A stretch of DNA of 64,000 bases from an archaeon (GTDB lineage Archaea > EX4484-52 > WAPT01). This document shows positions 9,848-20,513 of the stretch, piece by piece. The translations under genes were made by a program, and so were the position numbers. Position 1 is the stretch's first letter. The number at the start of each line of letters is the position of its first letter. Location: positions 32,001 to 96,000 of the forward strand of contig JAPDKB010000004.1 of NCBI GenBank assembly GCA_029258795.1, written 5' to 3'. A model generated the notes under the pieces. The model saw only the letters and a program-made list of their open reading frames with translations, was not told where the DNA came from and searched no databases.

Positions 9848-10873
9848 ATGATCGAGATTGACGGGAGTTATGGTGAGGGCGGAGGCCAGATAGTTCGGGC
9901 TGCCATGGCTTATTCCTGCCTTACGGGCCAGCCCACAAGAATATTTAACATACGGGCTAAGCGTTCCAATCCCGGGTTAAGGAAGCAACACGCAACAGCG
10001 ATAAAAGTGCTCGCAAATTTATTCAAGGCGGAGGTTGAGGGAGTAAGCGTTGGAAGCAAGGAGGTGACTTTCAAACCCGGGAGTGAGGTGAGGAGTGGTA
10101 ACTTCACTTTTGAAATAGGTAGTGCGGGCTCAATAACTCTGGTTCTTCAGAGCGTTACCTTCGCTTTGATAGGAAGAAAGTGCAAAATAACTCTCACAAT
10201 CAAGGGAGGTACAGATGTGCCCTTCTCCCCAACCTTTGATTATTTCAAGCACTGCTATCTAGCATTACTCTCACGTTTTGGGTACGAGGCAAGCGCTGAA
10301 GTGGCGAGGCGCGGCTATTATCCGGAAGGCGGAGGGGAAGTGAAGTTCACGTTTAGGAAGCATGAACCCCAGCCAATATTGATGAACGATTGTGAAGAAG
10401 ATTTAAAGGTATTCCGCGTGCTCGCTTCCGCTTCCAGCAACCTGCAGAAAGGCAGAGTATGTGAGAGAACGATAAATTCCGCTATTCACCACATCCTGAA
10501 GAACTTTGGAGAGGTGAAGGTTGAGACATGCAGACACTACTCTCAAACCCGATCCACTGGAGCAGCACTTTGTATAGTCGGTTCCGGCGGGGAAAGAATG
10601 ATCGGCGTTGATTTGCTCGGGAAGAGAGGTCTCCCCTCAGAAGAAATCGGGAAGAGGTGTGTTGAACTCATAAAAAATGAAAGTAAAAGTGGGGCATGTG
10701 TGGATTTTCATCTTGCTGACCATCTGGTTCCTTTTCTAGCAACTTGTGGTGGAGAAATAAAAACTTCTCATATAACGGAGCACACCAAGACGATGGTCTG
10801 GCTTGCCAACAGATTCATGGATGGATGCTTGAAAATAGAGGGGAACTTGATAAAATCATTAAATAAGGGTTAG
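9848..10873 (+). CDS. rtcA: RNA 3'-terminal phosphate cyclase
   Basis: MIEIDGSYGEGGGQ start, GGTDV, RRGYYPEGGG, catalytic ITEHTKT. Confidence 0.95.
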   Translation: MIEIDGSYGEGGGQIVRAAMAYSCLTGQPTRIFNIRAKRSNPGLRKQHATAIKVLANLFKAEVEGVSVGSKEVTFKPGSEVRSGNFTFEIGSAGSITLVLQSVTFALIGRKCKITLTIKGGTDVPFSPTFDYFKHCYLALLSRFGYEASAEVARRGYYPEGGGEVKFTFRKHEPQPILMNDCEEDLKVFRVLASASSNLQKGRVCERTINSAIHHILKNFGEVKVETCRHYSQTRSTGAALCIVGSGGERMIGVDLLGKRGLPSEEIGKRCVELIKNESKSGACVDFHLADHLVPFLATCGGEIKTSHITEHTKTMVWLANRFMDGCLKIEGNLIKSLNKG

Positions 10874-10889
10874 CATCAAAATTAAGAAC

Positions 10890-13800
10890 ATGAGGTTAAG
10901 AATGATCTTGCTTTTCACAGTAAGTATCCTCATGCTTTTTATTTGGTCACAGGCATCTCTGGCTATCAACCCAACCCTAATTAAATCACTATCGTCCAAT
11001 CCCAAAGTACATGGTTTGGAGAATCTGGATGTGCTGATGAAAGCCATCTCCAATAATCACAGAAAAGCTAACGGAATTCCCCTCATTCTTAAATTGAATG
11101 GCAACGTGGATGAAAACCTCCTGAAAAGAAAGGGAATAATCGTGAAGAGACGCATACCAAAATTGAATGTTCTGATTGTTGAGGCACCACCAGAAGCATT
11201 GGAATACCTCACATCACTACCTGAAATAAACGCGGTCCGCATACCACGACAGATACCTCTCACCTTACACGAGAGCGTGCCTTTAATTCGGGCCGACAAA
11301 TTATGGAACGTCCAACTAAACGGAATGAATCTAACGGGAAAAGGAATTACCGTCTGTGTTATTGATAGCGGTATTGATTACACACATCCTGCTCTCAGCA
11401 ATTGCACCACAGCATATCAGCCGGAAAATGATAGCGTAACCGTTGTGCCATATACCCTTAACATAACCCCAACAGCCACGCCCTTAATTCAAAATCACAC
11501 AATCGAAATAGAGAATTTCTCCGCATACTCCATTCACATAAAGGAGCTGCATCTTGGTTGGGATGACTATCTCTACATCTATGATGAGAACGGCACAGTT
11601 GTTCGGGAATATAACTGGGAAGACGATGTGGATGTTTGGACTCCACCAATAACAGGCAGGAACGTGACGGTGGGGGTGGTGATAAACGATAGCGATTCCA
11701 GCGTTTACATAGATATGGTGGCCAACGGCACAATGATCCCCAACATAAGCGTATGTCCAAGAATCGTTGCGGGTTACGATTTCGTTAATGACGACCCATT
11801 ACCCTATGATGATGTCGATCACGGAACCATGGTGGCAGGAATAATAGGGGCTAACGGCACGATAAAAGGTGTTGCTCCTGACGTCAATTTTGTGATAATA
11901 AAGGCTTGTTATCCTTTTCTATGGCTGGGGGTGTGCGATGAAGCAGCCATCATAAATGGAATATATTATTGTGTTGAAAACGCAACAAAGTATAACATCT
12001 CGGTCATTTCCATGAGTTTGGGGGGAGGATCTTTCTCAACTTATTGTGATGATTACAGCGAGGAGATGACTCAAGCCATAAGAGATGCGTTAAAAAACAA
12101 CATAACTGTGGTTGTTGCTGCAGGAAATGATGGGTATGCTACCAACATTTCTCATCCTGCATGCATCAACGGCACAATTCCTGTAGGGGCAACAACGAAA
12201 ACTGACGAGATAGCTTATTTTTCCTCCAGATCTCCAAACTTCGAATACTTTGTTTTTGCCCCAGGACAGGACATTTTAACCACAACCCCTACCTATCACA
12301 CAACAGGTTATTATGGAAAGGGAGACGGAACTTCCTTTGCAACTCCACACGTGAGTGGTGTCGTTGCTCTAATGTATCAGTTTTACCGTCTGCTTTACTC
12401 AACCTTACCCACCCCACAATTAATTAGGAGAAAGCTCGTTGAGACGGGCGTGCCAATAATGGATAGTGCTACCTCACACGTTTATCCAAGGGTGGACGCA
12501 TACGCAGCGGTCATGTCACTAGACACAATACCACCAACAGTGTCAATCATAGAACCACCAAAAGATATTGTTACAAACAACACCAATCTAACGTTTTTTG
12601 TGAAGCTAACGGATAATTTTGCGCTGAAAAATGCCTCCGCACACTTACTCTTCAACGGAACCCGCACCGAGCTTAAGAACTGGAATTTTGAGGAGAACAT
12701 CAACAGCACGACCATAAATTTTACTGTGGAGTTTACATCTGATGGAACACGCATAATCAACGTGTCAGCGTGTGACTATTCTTCCTGCACATCTTCATTA
12801 CGCACAGTGGTGGTGGACACAACACCTCCAGCAATACATCTCAACATGTCTAATGGCACTACCATCAACACCTCGACTGTGGTTGTCAGCGTTAAATGCA
12901 CGGATTTAACCCCCATAACCAGTATGGAATACTGTCTGGATGAATACTGCACACCGTTAACCTGTACCAACGGAAACGCGCAATTCGTCCTTAACAATCT
13001 AACAGACGGGAATCACCAGCTTGTCATGCGCGCGGAAGACTTTATAGGGAACAGCAACACGATCAACATAACCTTCAGGGTTAAGGTACCTCCCTACATT
13101 CTTGTTTACATTAATGAGAGCGAAAGCATCATACCAACCAATAACGTTTCAGTGTTCATTGAGGGTTCAGACAACACAGAAATCAAAGATATGGTTTTGG
13201 TTGTGGATAACAGCACGTATGAACACATTTTAATTAACGCAAGCAGCGTGAATTTAAATTACACTTTTTCATTGCCGGATGGAGGGCACAACATAACCGT
13301 GTGTGTTAATGACAGCGTGAATTTGTCTAGCTGTTCATTTTTAGAGGTGAAGGTGGATGGCAATCCCCCAGTTATCTTGCTCGTGTCTCCTCAGAACACC
13401 ACTTACACCAACTCAACCGCCATCCCACTACAATTCCAAGTTAGCGACCGACCATTTAACATCATAAACTGCAATTCAACCATCGAAAGATTCAATGGAA
13501 GTGGTTGGGTCGTGCAACACAAATTTTCCTTGAGCTCAAATGAAACGCCAATAAATTATAGCGATACCTTAACGATGGGTGATGGCATCTTTAACCTCAC
13601 AATAAGTTGTGTGGATCCCGCAACACACATTACCTCCATCAAAGCCAACTTCACCATCGACACCCTTCCTCCATCGATCAGCATCTCCTGGAAGAAAGGA
13701 AATTTGGTGGAGCACACACTGTACTTGAATGAGAGTGAACTTGAGTTTAACTTGAGCGTTAACGATCATGGTACTGGCATTAAAGAAGTAGAGATTGTTA

Positions 13801-15038
13801 AACTTGCTGGAAATTCAACGGAAGCAATAATCAACGACACATATCACAATTTAACCACGGAGAAGCGTTACAATTTATCTTTGATGGTGGAGCAGGAAAA
13901 CACAAGTTTAACGGTGGTTGTGAAGGATAGCATCAGATCCGTGAACGAGAGCTTTTACATCGTAACGGATACTTTGCCCCCACAAATCGTTATGCTTAGT
14001 GTGCCCTCAAAAGTTGCTTTAAATTCGGATATAGAAAGGCTGGCAACATGTGAGGCAGAAGATAACGAAACAGGTATATTTTTGGTTGAGATTTATGGAG
14101 ATACAACCACTACAGGCAACAAAACATTGGTGTGCTGTGCTTACGATTACGCCCTAAACCGCGTGTGTAACGAAACCTATTATTACGTTTATGCACCTAA
14201 ACCCAAAAAATCCAGTTCAACCACCCTCACCACGAGCTCCACTACCACAACCATTCAGATTGTTGAAGAGGAAGAGGAAAAGGAGGAGGTTCTGATTTTG
14301 GAAGATGCAGTTGTCATTGACATTTCAACAAAAGGAAGTGAAAAGGAAATCGATCTTTCGAATCAATCAATCCTGCCGTTCATCAAAAAATTAAGAGTGA
14401 AATCAGAAAAAGGAGTTGAACTCGAGATAGCTCCTGTGCAAGTTCAAAACGAAAGTGTGATTGAGGCTTTTGTTATCAACGCTTCCGGTTCTTCCGAGAT
14501 AACAAGTATCAATCTAACACTCTCTCTTCAAGAACTTCTTGAAGAGGGGGGAGATGTTATAATAGTTGTGAATGAGAAGGAAAATCACAAGGAATTGAAT
14601 GTTGATGCTGACACGCATTCAACAGTAGGTCTGGAAGTTGTTCCTCCAGCCACCATCACCATCCTCAAGAAAAAAACCACACAACTCACATATTATGGAG
14701 AGGAAGTGCAACCCGTGGAAGAGCAGTCCGAGATAAAAACAACCCAAACCAGACCCGATGATGAGGAACAACAACCCTCCAATTCCATTCTCTGGCTGTT
14801 AATGTTGGTTTGTTTTGTTTCCACACTTGTTCTTATAAAATTGTGGTCGCGCCATCTGAAAGAAAAACAGAAAAAACAGATTATTCGTGATATGGAAAGG
14901 ATCAACCTCCTTCGTGCAAAGATGGAGGAATTGCTGAGCTCGAAAGATATAGCTGAGGAGGATCGTAAAAGACTGGAGAGTTTAAGGAATGAAACAGAGA
15001 AGTTGTACAAATTCATGAAAAAGTCATTAGATAAATGA
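10890..15038 (+). CDS. Large membrane-anchored S8 (subtilisin-like) serine protease with Ig-like repeats
   Basis: Signal peptide; catalytic triad VIDSG / HGTMVAG / GTSFATPHV; repeated DTxPP Ig-like boundaries; many N-x-S/T sequons; Thr-rich linker; C-terminal TM helix. Confidence 0.92.
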   Translation: MRLRMILLFTVSILMLFIWSQASLAINPTLIKSLSSNPKVHGLENLDVLMKAISNNHRKANGIPLILKLNGNVDENLLKRKGIIVKRRIPKLNVLIVEAPPEALEYLTSLPEINAVRIPRQIPLTLHESVPLIRADKLWNVQLNGMNLTGKGITVCVIDSGIDYTHPALSNCTTAYQPENDSVTVVPYTLNITPTATPLIQNHTIEIENFSAYSIHIKELHLGWDDYLYIYDENGTVVREYNWEDDVDVWTPPITGRNVTVGVVINDSDSSVYIDMVANGTMIPNISVCPRIVAGYDFVNDDPLPYDDVDHGTMVAGIIGANGTIKGVAPDVNFVIIKACYPFLWLGVCDEAAIINGIYYCVENATKYNISVISMSLGGGSFSTYCDDYSEEMTQAIRDALKNNITVVVAAGNDGYATNISHPACINGTIPVGATTKTDEIAYFSSRSPNFEYFVFAPGQDILTTTPTYHTTGYYGKGDGTSFATPHVSGVVALMYQFYRLLYSTLPTPQLIRRKLVETGVPIMDSATSHVYPRVDAYAAVMSLDTIPPTVSIIEPPKDIVTNNTNLTFFVKLTDNFALKNASAHLLFNGTRTELKNWNFEENINSTTINFTVEFTSDGTRIINVSACDYSSCTSSLRTVVVDTTPPAIHLNMSNGTTINTSTVVVSVKCTDLTPITSMEYCLDEYCTPLTCTNGNAQFVLNNLTDGNHQLVMRAEDFIGNSNTINITFRVKVPPYILVYINESESIIPTNNVSVFIEGSDNTEIKDMVLVVDNSTYEHILINASSVNLNYTFSLPDGGHNITVCVNDSVNLSSCSFLEVKVDGNPPVILLVSPQNTTYTNSTAIPLQFQVSDRPFNIINCNSTIERFNGSGWVVQHKFSLSSNETPINYSDTLTMGDGIFNLTISCVDPATHITSIKANFTIDTLPPSISISWKKGNLVEHTLYLNESELEFNLSVNDHGTGIKEVEIVKLAGNSTEAIINDTYHNLTTEKRYNLSLMVEQENTSLTVVVKDSIRSVNESFYIVTDTLPPQIVMLSVPSKVALNSDIERLATCEAEDNETGIFLVEIYGDTTTTGNKTLVCCAYDYALNRVCNETYYYVYAPKPKKSSSTTLTTSSTTTTIQIVEEEEEKEEVLILEDAVVIDISTKGSEKEIDLSNQSILPFIKKLRVKSEKGVELEIAPVQVQNESVIEAFVINASGSSEITSINLTLSLQELLEEGGDVIIVVNEKENHKELNVDADTHSTVGLEVVPPATITILKKKTTQLTYYGEEVQPVEEQSEIKTTQTRPDDEEQQPSNSILWLLMLVCFVSTLVLIKLWSRHLKEKQKKQIIRDMERINLLRAKMEELLSSKDIAEEDRKRLESLRNETEKLYKFMKKSLDK

Positions 15039-15992
15039 ATCCAGTATCACTTCACCTATTTCCTTTGTGGACTGAGAAATTCTGCTCAAATTTTCCGTTA
15101 TGTTGGCTATGTCAGATCTAATGTCCGCTGGCACAACACTTAAATTTTCTCTCAGGTTTTCCAGATCAACTTTGGAATATCTTGTGCTTTCATCCACAAC
15201 ATAGTTGGCAAGGTTTCTGTCGTTTTCGCCAAGGGCAAGCGGAATTTTCTTTATTATCTCCGCCAACCTGTTGAGCGGTTGTTGCAGAAGATGGGAGAGT
15301 TCCGCCTTTTCCATAATCTGTATGGTGTGGGTGGCTATGCTCTCAAGACAATCTCCAACACTTTCCAGTTTTTGCAGAACAGAACTGTAACCAAACAGTT
15401 TGATGAATGTTCTCATGCTCGGAAAGCTCTCATATCCCTTGATATTTAGCTGTCTTCTCGCCAAAAGAACCATTTTATCCAGATCATCATCCCGTTGGAC
15501 AACATCTCGTAAGAGAGATGCGTCATTCTTTATTATCGCTTCAATGAGGGAAGATATCATCCAGAGAATGGATGCGCAACACCTAGAGATCATATCCTCA
15601 AGATTCATTTTTTCTGGCCCGACCATAACCTTTATGATCAGCTTATTATTTTCCTCCAGCAGATCTATCCCGAAAAGTATGGACTCCACACTGCTCTTGA
15701 TCTTTTTCAGCACATCCCACGAATCAAGGCCGGTAACCTCTATTTTATCGTATCCTTGAACGTATTTCGCAACTATTTCCCTTACCACCCATTCCACATT
15801 TCTGTCAAATTTAACAAAACACTCCCTCACCATCTTTCTGTCCTTTCTAACAACAACATGCTCGCTTTCTGGCGTGTAGTTTACCACCAACATGTCCCCA
15901 TTCTTTATTCCATGGCTATCCACCCATTCTTTTGGAAGAGAAACGACCAGTGTTGTTCTTCCAAGCTTCTGCACCTTTCTTCTTTCCTCCAT
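15027..15992 (-). CDS. AbrB-domain/PhoU family phosphate uptake regulator
   Basis: RKVQKLGRTTLVVSLPKEWV AbrB N-terminus, then PhoU-like helical repeats (RDDDLD, LESVGD). Confidence 0.85.
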   Translation of the reverse strand: MEERRKVQKLGRTTLVVSLPKEWVDSHGIKNGDMLVVNYTPESEHVVVRKDRKMVRECFVKFDRNVEWVVREIVAKYVQGYDKIEVTGLDSWDVLKKIKSSVESILFGIDLLEENNKLIIKVMVGPEKMNLEDMISRCCASILWMISSLIEAIIKNDASLLRDVVQRDDDLDKMVLLARRQLNIKGYESFPSMRTFIKLFGYSSVLQKLESVGDCLESIATHTIQIMEKAELSHLLQQPLNRLAEIIKKIPLALGENDRNLANYVVDESTRYSKVDLENLRENLSVVPADIRSDIANITENLSRISQSTKEIGEVILDSFI

Positions 15993-16094
15993 ACTACCCC
16001 TTCGGTATATGTTTGTATATACCACTCTTAATTAACTTTAAATATTTAACTTGGATTAGTGATTTTGTCTTTCCACCCCGTTCTTTGGTGATTT

Positions 16095-16415
16095 GTGATG
16101 GAGGACACGATAGTTAAGATAAAGGAAGCCGAGGAGAAGGCAAAACAAATCATCGAAAATGCGGAGAAGAAGAAGGAAAAAATAATTCTTGAAGCCAGAG
16201 AAAAGGCGGAAATGCTGTTGGTCGAGACCCAAGAAAGATTGAAAAAGGAGAGAGAGCAGGAATTAAAAAAACTTGAAAGAAAATTGAAGAATAAAAAACA
16301 GAAGTTGCTGAAAGAAGCGGAAAAACAGGCAGAAGCGCTACGCAAAACATACGAAGCACAGAAGGGAAGGCTGGTTAAAAAGGCGGTCGAGCACTTTCTA
16401 AAGGTTTATGCGTGA
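16095..16415 (+). CDS. atpH: A/V-type ATP synthase subunit H (G-like stalk)
   Basis: Charged coiled coil IKEAEEKAKQII; first gene of the ATPase operon. Confidence 0.8.
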   Translation: MMEDTIVKIKEAEEKAKQIIENAEKKKEKIILEAREKAEMLLVETQERLKKEREQELKKLERKLKNKKQKLLKEAEKQAEALRKTYEAQKGRLVKKAVEHFLKVYA

Positions 16416-16421
16416 AGGGCC

Positions 16422-18290
16422 ATGCTCAGAACAGAAAGAATGTACAAGCTGACGGTTATAGGAGCGAAAAAGTATTTGGAAGAGGTAGTGGATGCTCTAT
16501 ATGATCTTGGAGCGGTGCATATAAAAGAATATGAAAAAAGTGATGAGTTCTTCGACATAGGAAAGCCGTTTGAGAAATCGGAAAGAATCTCCAAACTTTT
16601 AATGAAGGTAAGAGCAATACTATCCTTACTCCCCAAAGATGTTGAGGTGGATGGAAAGCGGGCTGGCAGCTTCAAAAAATTTGATGAGCTGGAAGCTTGG
16701 TGTATCGAAATCCATGAAAAATTGGAAAAACTGCATGATGCTCTGAGAAAATATACCGAGACACAAGAAAAACTAAAAACAAAAGCGGAGCATCTCAAAA
16801 TGCTTGAGAAGCTCAACCTCAAACCAGAACTGCTGACAGAATATTCCACAATTCAGTGGAAAATCATTTTGACAAAGAATGATGATTTGGTTAAGAAGTT
16901 GGAATCGAAAGCCAAGGATGTGTGTGAATTTCGCGTTGCTGAGTATGATGGAGGGAAATTGATTGCTGTGTTTTATAGAAAGGATGCGGAGAAAAAAGTG
17001 AATGAGATCATGAGTAATTATGAACATGCAGTCGTTGAACTTAAAGAGCTGGAAGGGATGGAAGGCTCACCCACCATCCTGAAAAAAGAGGTCGAAAAAG
17101 AGCTCGTAAAGGTGGAGAAGGAGATTGAAAAGCTTCAGGAAAAAATAAAAGAGATTGCAAAAAGGGTAAAGCCAATTCTCCTCTACTGGCAGGAGGTTCT
17201 GGAGGAGGAAGCTGAGAAAGCTGAAGCCCCGCTAAAATTTGCCACAAGCCCCAACGTCTTCATGCTCAAGGGATGGGTTCCGAAGAAAAATGCGGAAAAG
17301 GTCAAGAAAACGCTGGAAAAAATAACCAACAAAACCATCTATCTGAAGTTTGAAGAGGTGGATGAGAAGAAAGAAAATGCTCCTGTCAAATTCGCTCATC
17401 CCAAAGGTGTGGATAATTTCCAGTACTTCATGGAAATGTATTCCCTGCCAAGATACAGCGAGATAGACCCAACACTCTTTGTTGCGCTCACATTCCCCGT
17501 CTATTTTGGCTTCATTCTGGGTGATGTTGGATACGGACTTACGAGCTTGATAGCGTTCCTCCTTCTCCGTCAAAAGTTCCCGAATCTGAAAAAGCTCATG
17601 AACATATTCATTTTCAGCGCGATAATGACCATAGTGTTTGGATTTGTTTATGGGGAGTTCTTCGGGCTTAATGAGATAGCTGGAATCAAGATGCCTGTGC
17701 TGATTCACAGGGTTCATGAAACAATGGACCTACTTTTAATCTCGGTTGCCATCGGAATAATACACGTTAACTTAGGATTTATTCTGGGCATAATAAACGA
17801 GTGGAAGCTCCACGGATTCAAGAAAGCATTATTTGAAAAAGCGAGCTGGCTGATAATTGAGGGAGGTGTGGTGATGTATTATTTAGCATCAAAGAGCTAC
17901 ATAGCCATTCCAAAAGAAACGGGTATAGCAGTTACGCTTGCAGGCGTTGTCATGCTCGCGAAAGGAGAAGGTATAAAGGGTGTGGTTGAACTCCCCACAC
18001 TGTTGAGTCACACTTTATCATATGCGCGATTGATGGGTGCCGGAATAGCTTCAGCAGGGCTAGCGATGGTGATAGATTCCATAGCTGGGCAGCTGATGGC
18101 AAAAGGTTCCGTGTTCGTTCTTTTTGCTATATTGCTCGTGATAATGGGTCATGTTATGAACATCATGCTTGGCATAATGGAAGGATTTCTCCACTCCCTC
18201 AGGCTTAATTATGTTGAATTTTTCACAAAGTTTTTCATAGGTGGAGGTTTTCCTTACAATCCTTTCGGCAAAAAATCAAAAATGAGGTGA
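16422..18290 (+). CDS. atpI: A/V-type ATP synthase subunit I (a)
   Basis: GWVP, PRYSEIDPT, GDVGYG, SYARL, LHSLRLNYVEFF. Confidence 0.96.
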   Translation: MLRTERMYKLTVIGAKKYLEEVVDALYDLGAVHIKEYEKSDEFFDIGKPFEKSERISKLLMKVRAILSLLPKDVEVDGKRAGSFKKFDELEAWCIEIHEKLEKLHDALRKYTETQEKLKTKAEHLKMLEKLNLKPELLTEYSTIQWKIILTKNDDLVKKLESKAKDVCEFRVAEYDGGKLIAVFYRKDAEKKVNEIMSNYEHAVVELKELEGMEGSPTILKKEVEKELVKVEKEIEKLQEKIKEIAKRVKPILLYWQEVLEEEAEKAEAPLKFATSPNVFMLKGWVPKKNAEKVKKTLEKITNKTIYLKFEEVDEKKENAPVKFAHPKGVDNFQYFMEMYSLPRYSEIDPTLFVALTFPVYFGFILGDVGYGLTSLIAFLLLRQKFPNLKKLMNIFIFSAIMTIVFGFVYGEFFGLNEIAGIKMPVLIHRVHETMDLLLISVAIGIIHVNLGFILGIINEWKLHGFKKALFEKASWLIIEGGVVMYYLASKSYIAIPKETGIAVTLAGVVMLAKGEGIKGVVELPTLLSHTLSYARLMGAGIASAGLAMVIDSIAGQLMAKGSVFVLFAILLVIMGHVMNIMLGIMEGFLHSLRLNYVEFFTKFFIGGGFPYNPFGKKSKMR

Positions 18291-18296
18291 GGAAAA

Positions 18297-18521
18297 ATGG
18301 CAGGAGATGTTGGCCTGATAGCAATCGGAGCCGGACTGGCTATTGGTTTGGGAGCGATCGGAGCCGGACTCGCTGAAGCATCCATAGGAGCTGCAGCAGT
18401 TGGTGCATTCACAGAAAAAGAGGAGCTCTTTGGAAAGGGTTTGATCATGACAGTGATTCCAGAAACCCTCGTGATATTCGGTATGGTTATAGCCATAATG
18501 CTGATGCAGCTCGCACACTAA
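18297..18521 (+). CDS. atpK: A/V-type ATP synthase proteolipid subunit K (c), single hairpin
   Basis: Gly-rich two-TM protein with IPET ion-binding Glu. Confidence 0.95.
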   Translation: MAGDVGLIAIGAGLAIGLGAIGAGLAEASIGAAAVGAFTEKEELFGKGLIMTVIPETLVIFGMVIAIMLMQLAH

Positions 18522-18544
18522 AATCTTATACAAAGAGGTGAAGA

Positions 18545-19105
18545 ATGGCATTGGATGAAGTGGTAGAGGAAGTTATCAGTAGCGCCAAGAACGAAGCCAA
18601 AAGAATAACGGAGGAAGGAAAAAAAGAAGCTAAAAAAATACTGAGTAAAGCGGAGAAGGAAGCAAAGGAGTATGAAGAGCGTTTCAGGAAGGAGACAGAG
18701 AAGATGCTGGAAGCGCTGGAGAAAAAAACAATGGCATCAGCAGAACTGGAGGCCACAAAAATTATCATGGAAGCAAGAAAAACGATCATGGAGGATTTCG
18801 TCAAAAGCTTGTTGGAAACCCTATCCAAACTCGACAAGAAAAAGAAGGAAAAATTGTTAGGGTCTTTGGCGGAGATGGTCAGGAATGAAATGAAGGTTCA
18901 CACCATTTATTGCAATAAGAACGAGGAAAACATCATCAAACAACTCTTTAAAAACGTCAAAATCAAGCACATCGATTGTGCAGGAGGGTTCATCGCAGAG
19001 AACAAGGAAGGAGATTTATCCATGGATTTGACATACGAAACTCTCGTAAATAGAATAAAGCTCGATCTCCTCAAGATCCTCGATTCCGGGCTCAAGAGCA
19101 AGTAA
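18545..19105 (+). CDS. atpE: A/V-type ATP synthase subunit E
   Basis: N-terminal coiled coil, GGFI..N..G..SMDLTYE; operon position. Confidence 0.9.
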   Translation: MALDEVVEEVISSAKNEAKRITEEGKKEAKKILSKAEKEAKEYEERFRKETEKMLEALEKKTMASAELEATKIIMEARKTIMEDFVKSLLETLSKLDKKKKEKLLGSLAEMVRNEMKVHTIYCNKNEENIIKQLFKNVKIKHIDCAGGFIAENKEGDLSMDLTYETLVNRIKLDLLKILDSGLKSK

Positions 19106-19107
19106 GC

Positions 19108-20187
19108 GTGAACACCATGCCCGCAATGGACATACTTGGAAAGATAAGCTTTGGAAAGTATCCATATCTAGCGGCACGGATGCGTGCCATGAAGAGTAAG
19201 TTGATGACTAGAATGGACTACGAAAAAATGCTTAAGATGGACATATACACCATGACCAAGTATCTGTATGAACACAGCTTCCCGATTCAGGAAGAATTGA
19301 TGAAAGAAGGTATAAAACCAGAGGATGTCATAGAGATGGCAGTAAATAAAAGCTTAGAGGAGTGCTTCAGAAAACTCCTGTTCATAACCGCAGGTAACAC
19401 CAGAAAAATCATCGTCGCATACGCTTACAGATACGACATAGAAAACTTGAAGGTTCTGGTTCGAGCAAGGATAAGTAACGAGCCCCTCGATCTCGTGGAA
19501 AAGCTGTGGGTGTGCGCCGGAACTCTGACCAAGGAAAAACTCCGAGAGCTTTATCAGCTTGAGAGTTTGGAAGATGTGATGAAAAAAGCAAGGATATTCA
19601 AGGTGGATAAGAAAATGAAGCAAGCCACAGAAGTTGCCGAAAAAGAAGGTAACCCAGCGGTAATAGAAAACCTTTTTGACAAGCGTTACTATACTTTCTT
19701 GGTTAAGTACACCAAAAGATTTGGTAGGGAAGCAGAACCGATCTCAAAACTGATAAAACTTCGTTTTGATATCATGAACCTGCGCACGCTTTACAGGCTT
19801 AAGAGGGAAGGTGTTTCCAAAGAAGAAATTCTCAAGTGGATCCACCTCACCGGAGGTTATCGACTCAAGAAAAAGGAGTTGGAACAATTGGCATCCGCAT
19901 CAAACCTCAGAGAACTTCACGAGAAGGTTAAAAACACTTACTATGGAAGCATTATCGGAAGTGTGGATATTTCAACCACACTCATAGACCTCGAGCTCAA
20001 GCTGAGTCAGTACTTTTTGGGCTTCGCATCCACCCTCATGCATGCTCATCCTTTATCCATAGTGCCGGTAATAGCATTCATGATGATGAAGGAGGTGGAA
20101 GCTAACAATATAAAGCTTATAGCAAGAGGTAAGGCAAAGGGTGTGGATGAAAACTTCATTAGAAACAATCTGGTGGTGTATGCATGA
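19108..20187 (+). CDS. atpC: A/V-type ATP synthase subunit C
   Basis: YLAARMRAMKSKL, YDIENLK, KEVEANNIKLIARGK. Confidence 0.92.
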   Translation: MNTMPAMDILGKISFGKYPYLAARMRAMKSKLMTRMDYEKMLKMDIYTMTKYLYEHSFPIQEELMKEGIKPEDVIEMAVNKSLEECFRKLLFITAGNTRKIIVAYAYRYDIENLKVLVRARISNEPLDLVEKLWVCAGTLTKEKLRELYQLESLEDVMKKARIFKVDKKMKQATEVAEKEGNPAVIENLFDKRYYTFLVKYTKRFGREAEPISKLIKLRFDIMNLRTLYRLKREGVSKEEILKWIHLTGGYRLKKKELEQLASASNLRELHEKVKNTYYGSIIGSVDISTTLIDLELKLSQYFLGFASTLMHAHPLSIVPVIAFMMMKEVEANNIKLIARGKAKGVDENFIRNNLVVYA

Positions 20188-20504
20188 AGCAAAAGAAGGT
20201 ATGGGTTGTTGGCAGCTATGATTTCACGCTTGGGTTCAGGCTTGCAGGAGTGAAGGATGTGGTTGAAGTGAGACATGGTGATATACAAACTCTTGAGAAA
20301 AAACTGGATGAAGTTGTGGAGAGGGATGATGTGGGAATAATCATAGTTAGGGAGGATGAGTTCAAACAGCTGCCAAAGAGAAAAAGAGCCGTGCTTGAAA
20401 ATCTGACCGAGCCAATCATAATCCCTCTTTCAGAAAAAATGGAAGGGAGTGATGTTTTGAGAAGCAAGATAATTCAGGCAGTTGGTGTTGATCTGTTAAA
20501 ATGA
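20184..20504 (+). CDS. atpF: A/V-type ATP synthase subunit F
   Basis: VVGSYDFTLGFRLAGV, AVGVDL. Confidence 0.93.
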   Translation: MKQKKVWVVGSYDFTLGFRLAGVKDVVEVRHGDIQTLEKKLDEVVERDDVGIIIVREDEFKQLPKRKRAVLENLTEPIIIPLSEKMEGSDVLRSKIIQAVGVDLLK

Positions 20505-20513
20505 TGATGCGAG

